From Burkholderiales bacterium (GTDB taxonomy: Bacteria > Pseudomonadota > Gammaproteobacteria > Burkholderiales > WYBJ01), in the NCBI GenBank assembly GCA_044360365.1, contig JBIKKL010000001.1:3531-67530 (forward strand): a stretch of DNA of 64,000 bases. Reading direction: 5' to 3'. Below are positions 46,996-56,387 of this stretch, piece after piece. A program made the translations under genes and the position numbers. The stretch's first letter is position 1; each line of letters opens with the position of its first letter. Below the pieces are notes generated by a model that did no database searches, was not told where the DNA came from, and saw nothing but the letters and a program-made list of their open reading frames with translations.

Positions 46996-49140
46996 TCAGA
47001 CATTGAATCGGGTCAGGAACAAGCGCCGCAAACCGCGATACCACTGCGTCCCGAGCGGTTCGGGCACGTGGTCGAAACGGACGTAGACCCGACCGCCGTA
47101 GAGGACCGTTGCAGGCGCATCGAGTTCGATCTCGAGCTGGAATACGCGCTGCATCGTCTTCGTGCCCTTGGGATCCCGCGGGTCGATGGGCACGGTACCG
47201 CCGCCCTCCGTCGACAAGGCCTTGCTGGGCAGTTCCTCGTTGCCGCCGGGAACCTGACGCACGATGCGCGCCTTGACGACATGCTCGACACGAGCGGCGG
47301 TCCGGATCTCGACTTCGTTCGTCGCCAGCCGTACGACGTCGACTTCGGCCTGCTGCACGATCACGCGCGCCCGCGGCTGCGCCGGCTCGATGACGTAGCC
47401 CACCATCTCGCCCTTGCGGAAATACCGTCCCGGCAGATCCGCCGGGTGCGGCACGGTGAACACGCCGGCCGACCGGCTACGGGCGATGAGATCGGCGCCA
47501 CGATCGACGGCGCGCTGCAGCGCGGCCAGCTCGCGGTCGAGCGCCTCCTGGGTGATCTGCGCCTGTACCCGGTCCGTGATGAAGTGATGGGCGAACTGTG
47601 CATCGAGTTCAGCCACCTTCGCCTGCGCCACCCGGATCTCGGCATCGAGCACCGGATCGATGCTCTCGATCAGGGCTTCGTCGGGCTGCACCCGGGACCC
47701 GGGTTCGACCAGATAGCGCGTGAGAAATCCATTGGCGCGGGCGCGGACCATCTGCTGCTCCGGCAGCCAGATCACGCCTTCGGTCTGGGTACGAAACGGG
47801 ACCGGCACCCAGAGAACGAATGCGACCGTGACCGCCAGTGCACCGAAACACACGCCTGCCACTCGCCGCCGATGCCGCGCCAGACGCGGACTGGTCGCCA
47901 GGTGATGCACTGTCTTGGACACGGGCACGACCGCCATGGCGATCACCGCCCAGATCGCGAGCACCACGCCGATCACGAAAAACTCGCCGGCGATGAACAG
48001 GATGATCGCGACGACGACGACGATGCGATACAGGAACGACCCGATGCCATAGAAGACGAACCACGCCTTCTCGCCCGGTGTCCCTTCGGGCTCTTCGATC
48101 TCGCGCGCTCCGAACAGGTGGCGCTCGAAAAGAAAGCCGAGGTAACGCATCGAGCGCGTCGCGAGGTTCGGAATCTCGATCAGGTCCGACAGAATGTAAT
48201 AGGCGTCGTAGCGCAGCAGCGGATTGCCATTGAACAACAGGGTGGACACCCCGGCGATCAGCATGACGTTGAAGGCCACGGCCCGCACCGTGCCCGGCTC
48301 GGCCAGCATCCAGACGAAGAACGCGATGGCCGCGAGCATCAACTCGATCATCATGCCGGCGGCGCCGACGACAGCGCGCTCGTATTTGGATTTGAAGAGC
48401 GCCGAACTGGTCGCGTCGACGTAGGGCACCGGCATGAGCACGAGCAGCATCAGGCCCATGTCGTGCACTTCACCGCCGCCGGCCTTCGCAGCGATCCCGT
48501 GCCCCAGTTCGTGAAACGCCTTCAGGAGCGGAAACAGCAGCCAGATCATCAACAGGTTGTCGACGGCGAAGACCCGATCGGCCACGCCGTGCGTGAGCTC
48601 GTCCCAGTGCGGGGGCACGAGCAGCAGCGCCGGAACCACGATGGCCAGCCAGACGAGCATGCCCTTCCAGCCCCAGAACGGCCGCACGAAGGGCAGCATC
48701 CGTTCGAGCAGTCGGTCGGGATCGATCAGGGGCACCTTGATCGCCATCGGATTGCCGATGGCCCGCTTGACTCGCGCCCGGTCCTGGCGCTGCGCGCGGT
48801 CGAAGAGTTCGGCCACGTCAGGCGACACGTCGCACTGAAGCAGGTCGGACGAGTGCAGCTGGCCCAGCAGATGAATCAGTTCGTCCTGACTCGGCGCCGA
48901 CTCGCCCAGGCGCTTGTTCGCCATTTCCCACAGTGCACCGACGCTGCGCTCGCCGTCCATGCCGTTCATGATGAGCCGGGCCGCAGGCGTGAATCGATGC
49001 GCGCGCCCCGACGCGGGATCCTGCAGGACGAACCAGACCTGGCCGCGGTAGCGATGTCGCTGCATGCGCGCATGCGTGCGCATGCGAGGCTTCAACTCGC
49101 TGACCCGATACCACGAAGCGCTCAGCAGCGGGCCGGTCAT
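46996..49140 (-). CDS. Site-2-protease-type zinc metalloprotease (peptidase M50-like) with an N-terminal PqqD/RRE-like region and a C-terminal HlyD-like periplasmic domain
   Basis: HELGH at nt 48499-48513 and a second motif NGNPLLRYDAYY (NxxPxxxxD). There are multiple TM helices, and the C-terminus combines a barrel-sandwich with a coiled coil (IRVAQAKVAELDAQ...). An alternative GTG start lies at 49209. Confidence 0.8.
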   Translation of the reverse strand: MTGPLLSASWYRVSELKPRMRTHARMQRHRYRGQVWFVLQDPASGRAHRFTPAARLIMNGMDGERSVGALWEMANKRLGESAPSQDELIHLLGQLHSSDLLQCDVSPDVAELFDRAQRQDRARVKRAIGNPMAIKVPLIDPDRLLERMLPFVRPFWGWKGMLVWLAIVVPALLLVPPHWDELTHGVADRVFAVDNLLMIWLLFPLLKAFHELGHGIAAKAGGGEVHDMGLMLLVLMPVPYVDATSSALFKSKYERAVVGAAGMMIELMLAAIAFFVWMLAEPGTVRAVAFNVMLIAGVSTLLFNGNPLLRYDAYYILSDLIEIPNLATRSMRYLGFLFERHLFGAREIEEPEGTPGEKAWFVFYGIGSFLYRIVVVVAIILFIAGEFFVIGVVLAIWAVIAMAVVPVSKTVHHLATSPRLARHRRRVAGVCFGALAVTVAFVLWVPVPFRTQTEGVIWLPEQQMVRARANGFLTRYLVEPGSRVQPDEALIESIDPVLDAEIRVAQAKVAELDAQFAHHFITDRVQAQITQEALDRELAALQRAVDRGADLIARSRSAGVFTVPHPADLPGRYFRKGEMVGYVIEPAQPRARVIVQQAEVDVVRLATNEVEIRTAARVEHVVKARIVRQVPGGNEELPSKALSTEGGGTVPIDPRDPKGTKTMQRVFQLEIELDAPATVLYGGRVYVRFDHVPEPLGTQWYRGLRRLFLTRFNV

Positions 49141-49216
49141 TGCTCGCGACAGCGCAGACGGCGGGTCGACGCGACCTTGGCGGAACCCGCGCACGCCAGG
49201 GCATGGCACACGACCA

Positions 49217-51112
49217 TCACGGCATCCAGCTCCAGAATGCGAGGCGCACCCAGTCGATGAGCTTGTGCGTCCAGATCCAGATCAGGCGCCGCTCGCCGAT
49301 GGCAACCTTGCCGACGCCTTCCATGCCGGGTCGCAGCCTTTCGCTGACAACTGCCATCTTCGCTTCGACACGGAAGTAGTTGCGGCCCTCGTCTGCCGTC
49401 GACACCGGTGTAATGCGCGCAACGGTAAAGGGCTGCCGCGCTCCCGGAATCCCGGACAGGACGAGTTCGCCCTCCTGCCCGACGGCGAGATACGTGATGT
49501 CGCGCTCGTCCACTTTCAGTATCACGCGATAGGCATCGAGCGGCGCAATCTCGAACAACACCTTGCCTTGCTCCACGGGCGTGCCGAGGAGCTGGCTCAG
49601 ATCACCGCTGACGACGATGCCGTCGAACGGTGCGCTGATGCGCGAGCGGGCGAGCTTCTCGTTGATCAGCTGCAGCTGGGCCTCGGCCTGATTGACCTGA
49701 GCACCGACGACGTTCATCGTCGGCCGATCACGAGTCGCGAGCGCCTGGCGGTACTTGCGCAGGTGCTGCTCGCGTTCCGCTTCCCAGCGGGTACGCTCCA
49801 GCAGCAGCTCCTTGTCATCGAGTCGCGCGAGCAGCGCCCCGGCTTTCACGACATCGCCTGCCCGCACGAGACTTTCAGCAATGTAGCCCTCGAAGGGCGC
49901 GACGGCTGCGCGCTGGACCTCGCCCTCCACGACGGTCTTGGCCGCCACACGATGCTCGCCATCGGCAAGACTCAAGAACAACAGCACGCCCAGCACGACC
50001 GCGGCGATCAGCTTCCAGCCGGGGTGCCGCGGCCCGAAGAAGGCACGCGTCCCGGCGACGAGCCCATCCCACGCACGACGCGGTATGCCGCGCTCGTTGT
50101 CCCGCTTCAGATCGAGGACCGGCCCAAGGAGCAACCCCAGCGTTCGCACCAGTTCGAGCGTTGGCACATCGAAGACCGCGCCACGCGTGCGTTCGAGCAT
50201 CAGGACGCCCCAATCCTCGCCGTGTGCATTCAGGGGCGTGGATACGATGGCGATGTCGCCCGCTTCCTGGGCCAGCGCCAGGTGCGAAGCACCGCTCAGC
50301 GCTTCGTCTCCGGGGGCGGGAAACACGAAGGTCGCCCCGAGATCCAGTGCTTCGTCCATGGCATCGCCGAGGCGACGCGCGAGACTGGACTTCGGATCGA
50401 ACATGGCCGTGTGCGAGATCGCGAGCACGCGGCATTCGCCATGCTTGTCCATGCCGATGCTGACGCGCTCGCATTCCAGGCGCCGAGCGATATCGTTTGC
50501 TATGGCGAGCGCCGCCGCCCTGAAGCGCTTTTCCTGAACAGCCGTTGCGACCAGCTCCGTCGCCAGCGCCAGCCGGTCGATGGCGGCCTGGCGCTGCTCG
50601 AACTCGCGCTGGCGGAAAAGATCGACCAGCCAGGCCGCCCCCCAGTGGATGAGACGCAAGGCGCGCTGCAGATCGCGACTGGCCCGGGGCGCGAGATCGA
50701 GCACCACGGCGCCATGCAGGGCGCCCGCCACTTCGATGGGATAGGCGACTTTCGCGCCGCGCAGCTCCCGAGATTCGCCCGCGTCTTCGCCCGTATCGAC
50801 CACGCCCTGCCGCTCGGTCAACGCTCGTTGGGCAGTGGGGGCAAGATGGGTCATGTCCCGACTGACGTCGGGCCAAATGGCCCCCGGGACGTAGGTATTC
50901 TCGGTATCCGAGCGGATCAGGAGCAGCGCGCCGAGCACCTGTTCGACTTGCGCGCAGAGGATGGCAAGCCAGCTCGCGTAAAACTGATCGACCGAGTTTG
51001 CCGCAACGAAGGTGCTCCAGGTCGACGCGTCGGCGTCGCCTGCGAGGTCCTGTGCGCCGGGGGCGGCACGCGCGTCCTCGAGGGTGCGCTCGATTTCCGT
51101 GGTCGATGACAT
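49217..51112 (-). CDS. GAF-GAF-TM-HlyD family membrane-fusion (periplasmic adaptor) protein
   Basis: Two GAF-like blocks in the N-terminal ~335 aa are followed by the TM helix WKLIAAVVLGVLLFLSLA. A HlyD-type lipoyl/coiled-coil/beta-barrel region comes next (VEGEVQRAAVAPFEGYI...RISAPFDGIV...). Confidence 0.8.
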   Translation of the reverse strand: MSSTTEIERTLEDARAAPGAQDLAGDADASTWSTFVAANSVDQFYASWLAILCAQVEQVLGALLLIRSDTENTYVPGAIWPDVSRDMTHLAPTAQRALTERQGVVDTGEDAGESRELRGAKVAYPIEVAGALHGAVVLDLAPRASRDLQRALRLIHWGAAWLVDLFRQREFEQRQAAIDRLALATELVATAVQEKRFRAAALAIANDIARRLECERVSIGMDKHGECRVLAISHTAMFDPKSSLARRLGDAMDEALDLGATFVFPAPGDEALSGASHLALAQEAGDIAIVSTPLNAHGEDWGVLMLERTRGAVFDVPTLELVRTLGLLLGPVLDLKRDNERGIPRRAWDGLVAGTRAFFGPRHPGWKLIAAVVLGVLLFLSLADGEHRVAAKTVVEGEVQRAAVAPFEGYIAESLVRAGDVVKAGALLARLDDKELLLERTRWEAEREQHLRKYRQALATRDRPTMNVVGAQVNQAEAQLQLINEKLARSRISAPFDGIVVSGDLSQLLGTPVEQGKVLFEIAPLDAYRVILKVDERDITYLAVGQEGELVLSGIPGARQPFTVARITPVSTADEGRNYFRVEAKMAVVSERLRPGMEGVGKVAIGERRLIWIWTHKLIDWVRLAFWSWMP

Positions 51113-51230
51113 CTCGTTCCGATTCTTGGCGGAGCCTGGAGTCTAACCGCTCGCCCGCGGACGACCAAAGCATAACGCCCGGGCACTCGATCTTCCCGCA
51201 TCTGCAGCCCGCACGGCCCGCCTGCCGAGG

Positions 51231-53033
51231 TCACTTCGAATCGAGTCGCACGTTCACGTAGCTGCCGGGTGCCGCCTCCACGACCTTCAACTTGCCGTCC
51301 CCCGGCGTCCTTGCGGGGACCATGGCGCCGGCGTGTTTGCCGACCCACGACGCCCAGTCCGTCCACCACGACCCCGGATACTGCTTCGCCTGCTCGAACC
51401 AGGCATCCGGCTCACCCTGAGGTTTCGGCCCGGTCCAGTAGCAGTACTTGTTGCCGGCCGGCGGATTGATGATGCCCGCGATGTGTCCGGAGCCCCCGAG
51501 TACGAACCGCACCGGGCCGGCAAGCAACTGCGCGCCGGAGAAAGTCGACTTCCAGGGTGCGATGTGATCCTCGATCGTGGAGATGAAATAGGCCGGGATC
51601 CTGATCTGCGTGACGTCGATCGGCACGCCACCCAGGGTGATTCCGCCCGGTTCGCGCAGCGCATTGCGGATATACATGTTGCGCAGGTAGAAGGCATGCA
51701 TGCAGGCCGGCATGCGGGTCGAATCCGAATTCCAGTGCAGCAGGTCGAAGGGCATCGGCTCCTTGCCGAGCAGGTAGTTGTTGATCACGAATGACCAGAT
51801 CAGGTCGTTGGAGCGCAGCATGTTGAACGTGTTGCCCATCTCCGAGCCCTCGAGGTAGCCGCGCTCGTTCATGCGCTGCTCCAGCGCGGCGACCGTCTGC
51901 TCGTCGGTGAACACGCCGAGCTCGCCGGGCTCTTCGAAGTCGATCAGGCTGACGAAGAACGTCGCGCTCGCCACGCGCGCGGCCTGCTTCTTTGCCGTCA
52001 GGTACGCCAGCGTGCACGCGAGCAGCGTCCCGCCCAGGCAGTAACCGATGACGTTCAGGCTTTTCTCGCCGGTGGCTTTCTCGATCGCATCCATCGCAGC
52101 GAGCGGGCCTTCGAACATGTAGTCCTCGAAGCTCTTCTGGGCGAAACGCTCGTCGGGATTGGCCCAGGAGACTACGAACACGGTATGGCCCTGTTCCGAG
52201 GCCCAGCGCACGAAGGAATTCTTCTCGCGCAGATCGAGGATGTAGAACTTGTTGATCCAGGGCGGAATGATCAGCAGCGGCTTGGCGTGAACCTTGGGCG
52301 TGCGCGGCTCGTACTGGATGAGCTGGATGAGATCGTTCTGGAACACCACCTTCCCCGGGGTGGTGGCGATGTTCTCGCCGAGCTTGAACGCCTTCGGGTC
52401 GGTCATCTTGACGCGGACCTGGGTGCCGTTGCCTCGATCGAGGTCTTCGAGCAGGTTCTTCAGCCCCTCGACGAGGTTCTTGCCCCCCGTCGCAGCCGTC
52501 TCGCGCATTACTTCCGGATTGGTCAGGGCGAAGTTGGTCGGCGAGAGCGCATCGATGTACTGGCGCGTGTAGAAGTCGACTTTTCTGGCCGTCGTTTCGT
52601 CGAGCCCCTCCACTTCCGCCACCGCGTGGTGCAAATGCTTCGCAGTGATCAGGTAGGACTGCTTGATGTAGTCGAACACGAAGTTCTGCTCCCACTCCGG
52701 ATCCTTGAAGCGGCGGTCGGCCTTGTCCGGAACGGCCACTGGATTCGCCGGCTGCCCGAGCATGCGCATCATGGCGCCCTGCCAGAGCGTCATGTAGTCC
52801 TTCCAGAGCTTCATCTGCACTTCCGCGAGCTTCATCGGATCCGACATCATCTTCGCGGTCAGGTCGAAGAAGGCCTTCGCGATGCCCATCTCGTCGCCCA
52901 TGCTGAAATGGCTCGTTTTGGAGTCGGCCTGTCGCTGCATCGCAGCCGCAATCAGCCGGCTGCTTTTCTCGGCGATCTCCGCCAGGGTGTCGGGCGCAAT
53001 GTGAATTGCAGGCGTTTCCTTCGGTGGGCTCAT
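51231..53033 (-). CDS. phaC: Class I poly(R)-hydroxyalkanoate synthase
   Basis: The lipase box is GYCLGG, with FVVSWANPD and GGSGHIAGIINPP. The length is 600 aa from MSPPKE. Confidence 0.93.
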   Translation of the reverse strand: MSPPKETPAIHIAPDTLAEIAEKSSRLIAAAMQRQADSKTSHFSMGDEMGIAKAFFDLTAKMMSDPMKLAEVQMKLWKDYMTLWQGAMMRMLGQPANPVAVPDKADRRFKDPEWEQNFVFDYIKQSYLITAKHLHHAVAEVEGLDETTARKVDFYTRQYIDALSPTNFALTNPEVMRETAATGGKNLVEGLKNLLEDLDRGNGTQVRVKMTDPKAFKLGENIATTPGKVVFQNDLIQLIQYEPRTPKVHAKPLLIIPPWINKFYILDLREKNSFVRWASEQGHTVFVVSWANPDERFAQKSFEDYMFEGPLAAMDAIEKATGEKSLNVIGYCLGGTLLACTLAYLTAKKQAARVASATFFVSLIDFEEPGELGVFTDEQTVAALEQRMNERGYLEGSEMGNTFNMLRSNDLIWSFVINNYLLGKEPMPFDLLHWNSDSTRMPACMHAFYLRNMYIRNALREPGGITLGGVPIDVTQIRIPAYFISTIEDHIAPWKSTFSGAQLLAGPVRFVLGGSGHIAGIINPPAGNKYCYWTGPKPQGEPDAWFEQAKQYPGSWWTDWASWVGKHAGAMVPARTPGDGKLKVVEAAPGSYVNVRLDSK

Positions 53034-53047
53034 GGAATGGCTCCGGT

Positions 53048-54097
53048 CTAGGCGGCGACGAACCGCAGCACGCCGTCCGGGTGACTTTCGCGTCGAAGTC
53101 GGCCGGCATGCATCAGATGATTGAGATGGGCGATGCACTCGCCCATGGCGAAATACCAGCCGCGATCGTCCAGCGGACGGCGGAACAGAACGGGAACGAG
53201 ATCGGTCGCGCTCTTCGGTTCGGTGCAGGCGGCCAACAGATCGTCGAGGCGCTCTGCGTGATGCATCTGCAACTGTTCGATCCGACCATGCAGGCCGCGG
53301 AAGGGCAATCCGTGCGAAGGCAGGATCAGCGTGTCGGCGGGCAACGCGGTAAAGCGTTCGATGGAGTCCAGGAAGCGGCCCAGCGGATCCCCATCCGGTT
53401 CGACCGGTCGCACGCTGACGTTGGTGCTGATGCGGGGCAACATCATGTCGCCGGCGATCATGACTCCCAGCGCTTCGCAGTAGAGCGATGCATGCTCCGG
53501 TGCATGCCCGTACCCGGGGAGCACCTGCCAGGCGTGGCCCCCGATCATTAGGTTCTCGTGCGGCATGATGCGGTGGAACGTCGGCGGCAGTTCAACAATG
53601 AGGCGGCGATACGCGCCGGAAAACGCCTTCATGCCCTCCAGCCGCGATTCCGGCAGCCCGTGACTGCGAAAGAGGTCGAACATCGAGCCGCGGTGATGCC
53701 CGGGAGTTTCGTGGTAAAGGGCAAGCGCGGTGAGGTATTCACCCTCGGTCATCCAAAGCGGCGCATTCCACCGCTTCGCATGCCAACCCGCCAACCCCAC
53801 CTGATCTGCATGATAGTGAGTTACCACTAACCTTTGAATTTTCCGGGCCGCAACGCCTTCGGCGAAGTAGCGCTCCCACAACTCGATCGTGGGCGGGTCA
53901 TTGAGGCCGCAGTCGACCAGGGTCCAGCCGTCTCGATCTTCGAGCAGCCAGAGGTTGATGTGATCGAGCGCAAACGGCAAGGGCATCCGCAGCCAGTGCA
54001 CGCCGGGTGCGACCTCGCGCGTCGAGGCGGGCTCGGGGACCTGGTCGCCTAGAACGTAGTCGATCGGCGAAGCGGTTGCGGACGATGCAGTCGTCAC
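53048..54097 (-). CDS. MBL-fold metallo-hydrolase
   Basis: VVTHYHADQVG (HxHxDQ variant), LPGYGHAPEH, and LPSHG. GTG start. Confidence 0.85.
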   Translation of the reverse strand: MTTASSATASPIDYVLGDQVPEPASTREVAPGVHWLRMPLPFALDHINLWLLEDRDGWTLVDCGLNDPPTIELWERYFAEGVAARKIQRLVVTHYHADQVGLAGWHAKRWNAPLWMTEGEYLTALALYHETPGHHRGSMFDLFRSHGLPESRLEGMKAFSGAYRRLIVELPPTFHRIMPHENLMIGGHAWQVLPGYGHAPEHASLYCEALGVMIAGDMMLPRISTNVSVRPVEPDGDPLGRFLDSIERFTALPADTLILPSHGLPFRGLHGRIEQLQMHHAERLDDLLAACTEPKSATDLVPVLFRRPLDDRGWYFAMGECIAHLNHLMHAGRLRRESHPDGVLRFVAA

Positions 54098-54128
54098 GTT
54101 ACGGATCCAGGCTGGGGAATGGCGCGCT

Positions 54129-54134
54129 ATTCTA
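54129..54134 (-). promoter_or_regulatory. Possible -10 element (TAGAAT on the minus strand) for the MBL-phaC transcription unit
   Basis: The plus strand reads ATTCTA, 32 nt upstream of the GTG at 54097. TTGTGC lies 18 nt upstream. Confidence 0.3.
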
Positions 54135-54265
54135 GTGCGTGAATGTTGCAGAGCACAAACGATGCCCCGGAGTATCGGCCCTGGCGGGCGGCCGCTGTCG
54201 CGTTTACGCTCGGCCAGCTTGGAATACTATCCATCGCTCGTCAACGCACATGTCGGGAGAAAGTC

Positions 54266-55432
54266 GTGTCTGCACCCGCAAGCCTTGAATTCGATCTCGG
54301 CGACGCCGTCGACATGCTGCGAGAAAGTACGGCCAGCTTCTGCGCCCGGGAGATTGCGCCGCTGGCGGCCGCCATCGACCGGGACAACGCCTTTCCTCGG
54401 GCGCTCTGGCGCAAGCTCGGCGACATGGGCTTGCTCGGCGTCACGGTCGAAGACGAGTACGGTGGCGCGGGCATGGGCTACACCGCGCACGTCGTTGCGA
54501 TGGAAGAGATCAGCCGCGCTTCGGCGTCGGTCGGGCTGTCGTACGGGGCGCATTCGAATCTGTGCGTGAATCAGATCCGGCGCAACGGTTCGGCCGAACA
54601 GAAGGCGCGCTACCTGCCGAAGCTCATCGCCGGCGAGCACGTCGGCGCGCTTGCGATGTCCGAGCCCGATGCCGGATCGGACGTGGTGAGCATGCGTCTG
54701 CGTGCCGACCGCAAGGGGGATCGCTATGTCCTCAACGGCACGAAGATGTGGATCACCAACGGGCCGGACGCCGATGTGCTCGTCGTCTATGCCAAGACGA
54801 CGCCTGAGGCAGGAGCAAGAGGCATCACCGCATTTCTGATCGAAAGGGGCTTCTCCGGATTCTCGACCGGCCCGAAGCTCGACAAGCTCGGTATGCGCGG
54901 CTCGAATACCTGCGAGCTCGTTTTCCAGGACTGCGAAGTGCCCGCGGAGAACGTGCTCGGCCAGGTGAGCGGCGGCGTAAACGTGCTCATGAGCGGTCTC
55001 GACTACGAGCGTGCGGTGCTGGCGGCCGGGCCGCTCGGAATCATGCAGGCTTGTCTCGATGTCGTCCTGCCCTATGTACACGCGCGCGAACAGTTCGGAC
55101 AGGCCATCGGCCAGTTCCAGCTCATGCAGGGCAAGCTCGCGGACATGTACACCACGCTCAACGCCTGTCGGTCGTATGTCTATGCGGTGGCCCAGGCCTG
55201 CGACCGCGGTCGCATCACCCGTCGGGACGCCGCCGGCGCGATTCTCTACGCCGCCGAGCGGGCGACATGGATGGCCTCCGAGGCCATCCAGTGCCTGGGT
55301 GGCGTGGGCTATACCAACGATTTCCCGACCGGCCGGCTGCTTCGCGATGCGAAGCTGTACGAGATCGGCGCCGGCACCTCGGAAATCCGCCGATGGCTGA
55401 TCGGCCGCGAACTCTTCGACCAGTCCACATGA
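54266..55432 (+). CDS. Isovaleryl-CoA dehydrogenase
   Basis: The acyl-CoA dehydrogenase motifs are [28 protein letters not shown] and [12 protein letters not shown], and the IVD-type N-terminus is [15 protein letters not shown]. The GTG start at 54266 follows GGGAGA. The longer ORF from 54143 is rejected. Confidence 0.9.
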   Translation: MSAPASLEFDLGDAVDMLRESTASFCAREIAPLAAAIDRDNAFPRALWRKLGDMGLLGVTVEDEYGGAGMGYTAHVVAMEEISRASASVGLSYGAHSNLCVNQIRRNGSAEQKARYLPKLIAGEHVGALAMSEPDAGSDVVSMRLRADRKGDRYVLNGTKMWITNGPDADVLVVYAKTTPEAGARGITAFLIERGFSGFSTGPKLDKLGMRGSNTCELVFQDCEVPAENVLGQVSGGVNVLMSGLDYERAVLAAGPLGIMQACLDVVLPYVHAREQFGQAIGQFQLMQGKLADMYTTLNACRSYVYAVAQACDRGRITRRDAAGAILYAAERATWMASEAIQCLGGVGYTNDFPTGRLLRDAKLYEIGAGTSEIRRWLIGRELFDQST

Positions 55433-55434
55433 CG

Positions 55435-55470
55435 AAATTCGGTGCCTGGCACGTGCCAGGCACCGAATTT
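55435..55470. terminator. Bidirectional intrinsic terminator: a perfect 36-bp palindrome
   Basis: AAATTCGGTGCCTGGCAC|GTGCCAGGCACCGAATTT lies between the convergent ivd-like (+) and DUF3025 (-) genes. It is flanked by A-rich and T-rich runs. Confidence 0.7.
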
Positions 55471-55481
55471 TGAATTTTGAG

Positions 55482-56387
55482 TTATCGGGGGCGGAACTGG
55501 CGTTGGTCCTCGTAGTAGGCGGGACACTCGCTGTCCCTGCACACGCCGGGAATGCCGAGGACGGGCACGGGGGCAAAGACCTTCGGGCGGGGATACCACG
55601 ATCGCACCGCGAAGCGGTGCGCCACGATATCGTCCGCGCGAGCCAATTGCTCGGCCAGCGGCGCGGCGGCGAGCAGTTCCGGTTCGACTTCGACCAGCGC
55701 TGCGCGTGCGCAGAGACCGAAGAACGGCGCACGCAGCGCATCGTACAAGCCATGGCCGAAGACGAAGAACCGCAGTTGTCGCTTCACGTCCTTGCGACGA
55801 TGCCAGAAGAGGTCCGCCCAGCGTCTTGCGCGCAGCAGTTCGAGCAACTCCGGATCCGCACCGAGGACGATCATGCCGCTCTCGTCGAACTGCGTTGCCG
55901 CGTCGCGCAGGGTGCCGCGTGGCGCACCGGGGAGCTGGGCAGCGATCTCCTCGACATGCAAGCGATTGAGGGCTGCCTTCGTCCGCGGAAACACTGTCCA
56001 GACAAGCGCATTGAAGAAGTCGTGCCAGCTGCCGGATCGCGTCGACACCTCCCCGCGATCGTGGATGCGCTGCTCGTACTTCGCGTCCCCGGCATCCGGC
56101 ATTGCGAACCGGATCGGCAGACCCGCGGCGTTCACGGGTCTGGACGTTCGGCGCGCAGCCCACGCATCGAGCGCGGGCGCATCGATCCGGTCCCGTGCTG
56201 CGAGATCTTCGAGCGATGACGACAGCGGCTCGTACAACGGCCGCCGCGCGAGCAACGACAGCACCTCGCCTGCAATGACGTCGCAAGGTGGCGCGATGAC
56301 GGCACAACGAGAAGAGCCGGGCAAGATCGAGATTACCCATCCAGGACGATGGTCGGCGCGCAGTGCGCGGGAAGCACCCAAGCCCAC
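55482..56387 (-). CDS. DUF3025-like hypothetical protein
   Basis: SWHDFFNALVWTVFPRTKAALN and FVFGHGLYD match my memory of the DUF3025 family. The start (GTG 56387) is uncertain. Confidence 0.6.
   Translation of the reverse strand: MGLGASRALRADHRPGWVISILPGSSRCAVIAPPCDVIAGEVLSLLARRPLYEPLSSSLEDLAARDRIDAPALDAWAARRTSRPVNAAGLPIRFAMPDAGDAKYEQRIHDRGEVSTRSGSWHDFFNALVWTVFPRTKAALNRLHVEEIAAQLPGAPRGTLRDAATQFDESGMIVLGADPELLELLRARRWADLFWHRRKDVKRQLRFFVFGHGLYDALRAPFFGLCARAALVEVEPELLAAAPLAEQLARADDIVAHRFAVRSWYPRPKVFAPVPVLGIPGVCRDSECPAYYEDQRQFRPR

Noticed and set aside
44895-51109. Three long plus-strand ORFs (44895..47006, 46951..49260 and 49064..51109) antisense to the SecA-like, M50-HlyD and GAF-HlyD genes.
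   Set aside because: - The minus-strand products carry specific catalytic motifs: GEGKT/DEAD-like, HELGH and the HlyD architecture.
- The plus-strand translations are Arg/Asp/His-rich with no domain signatures.
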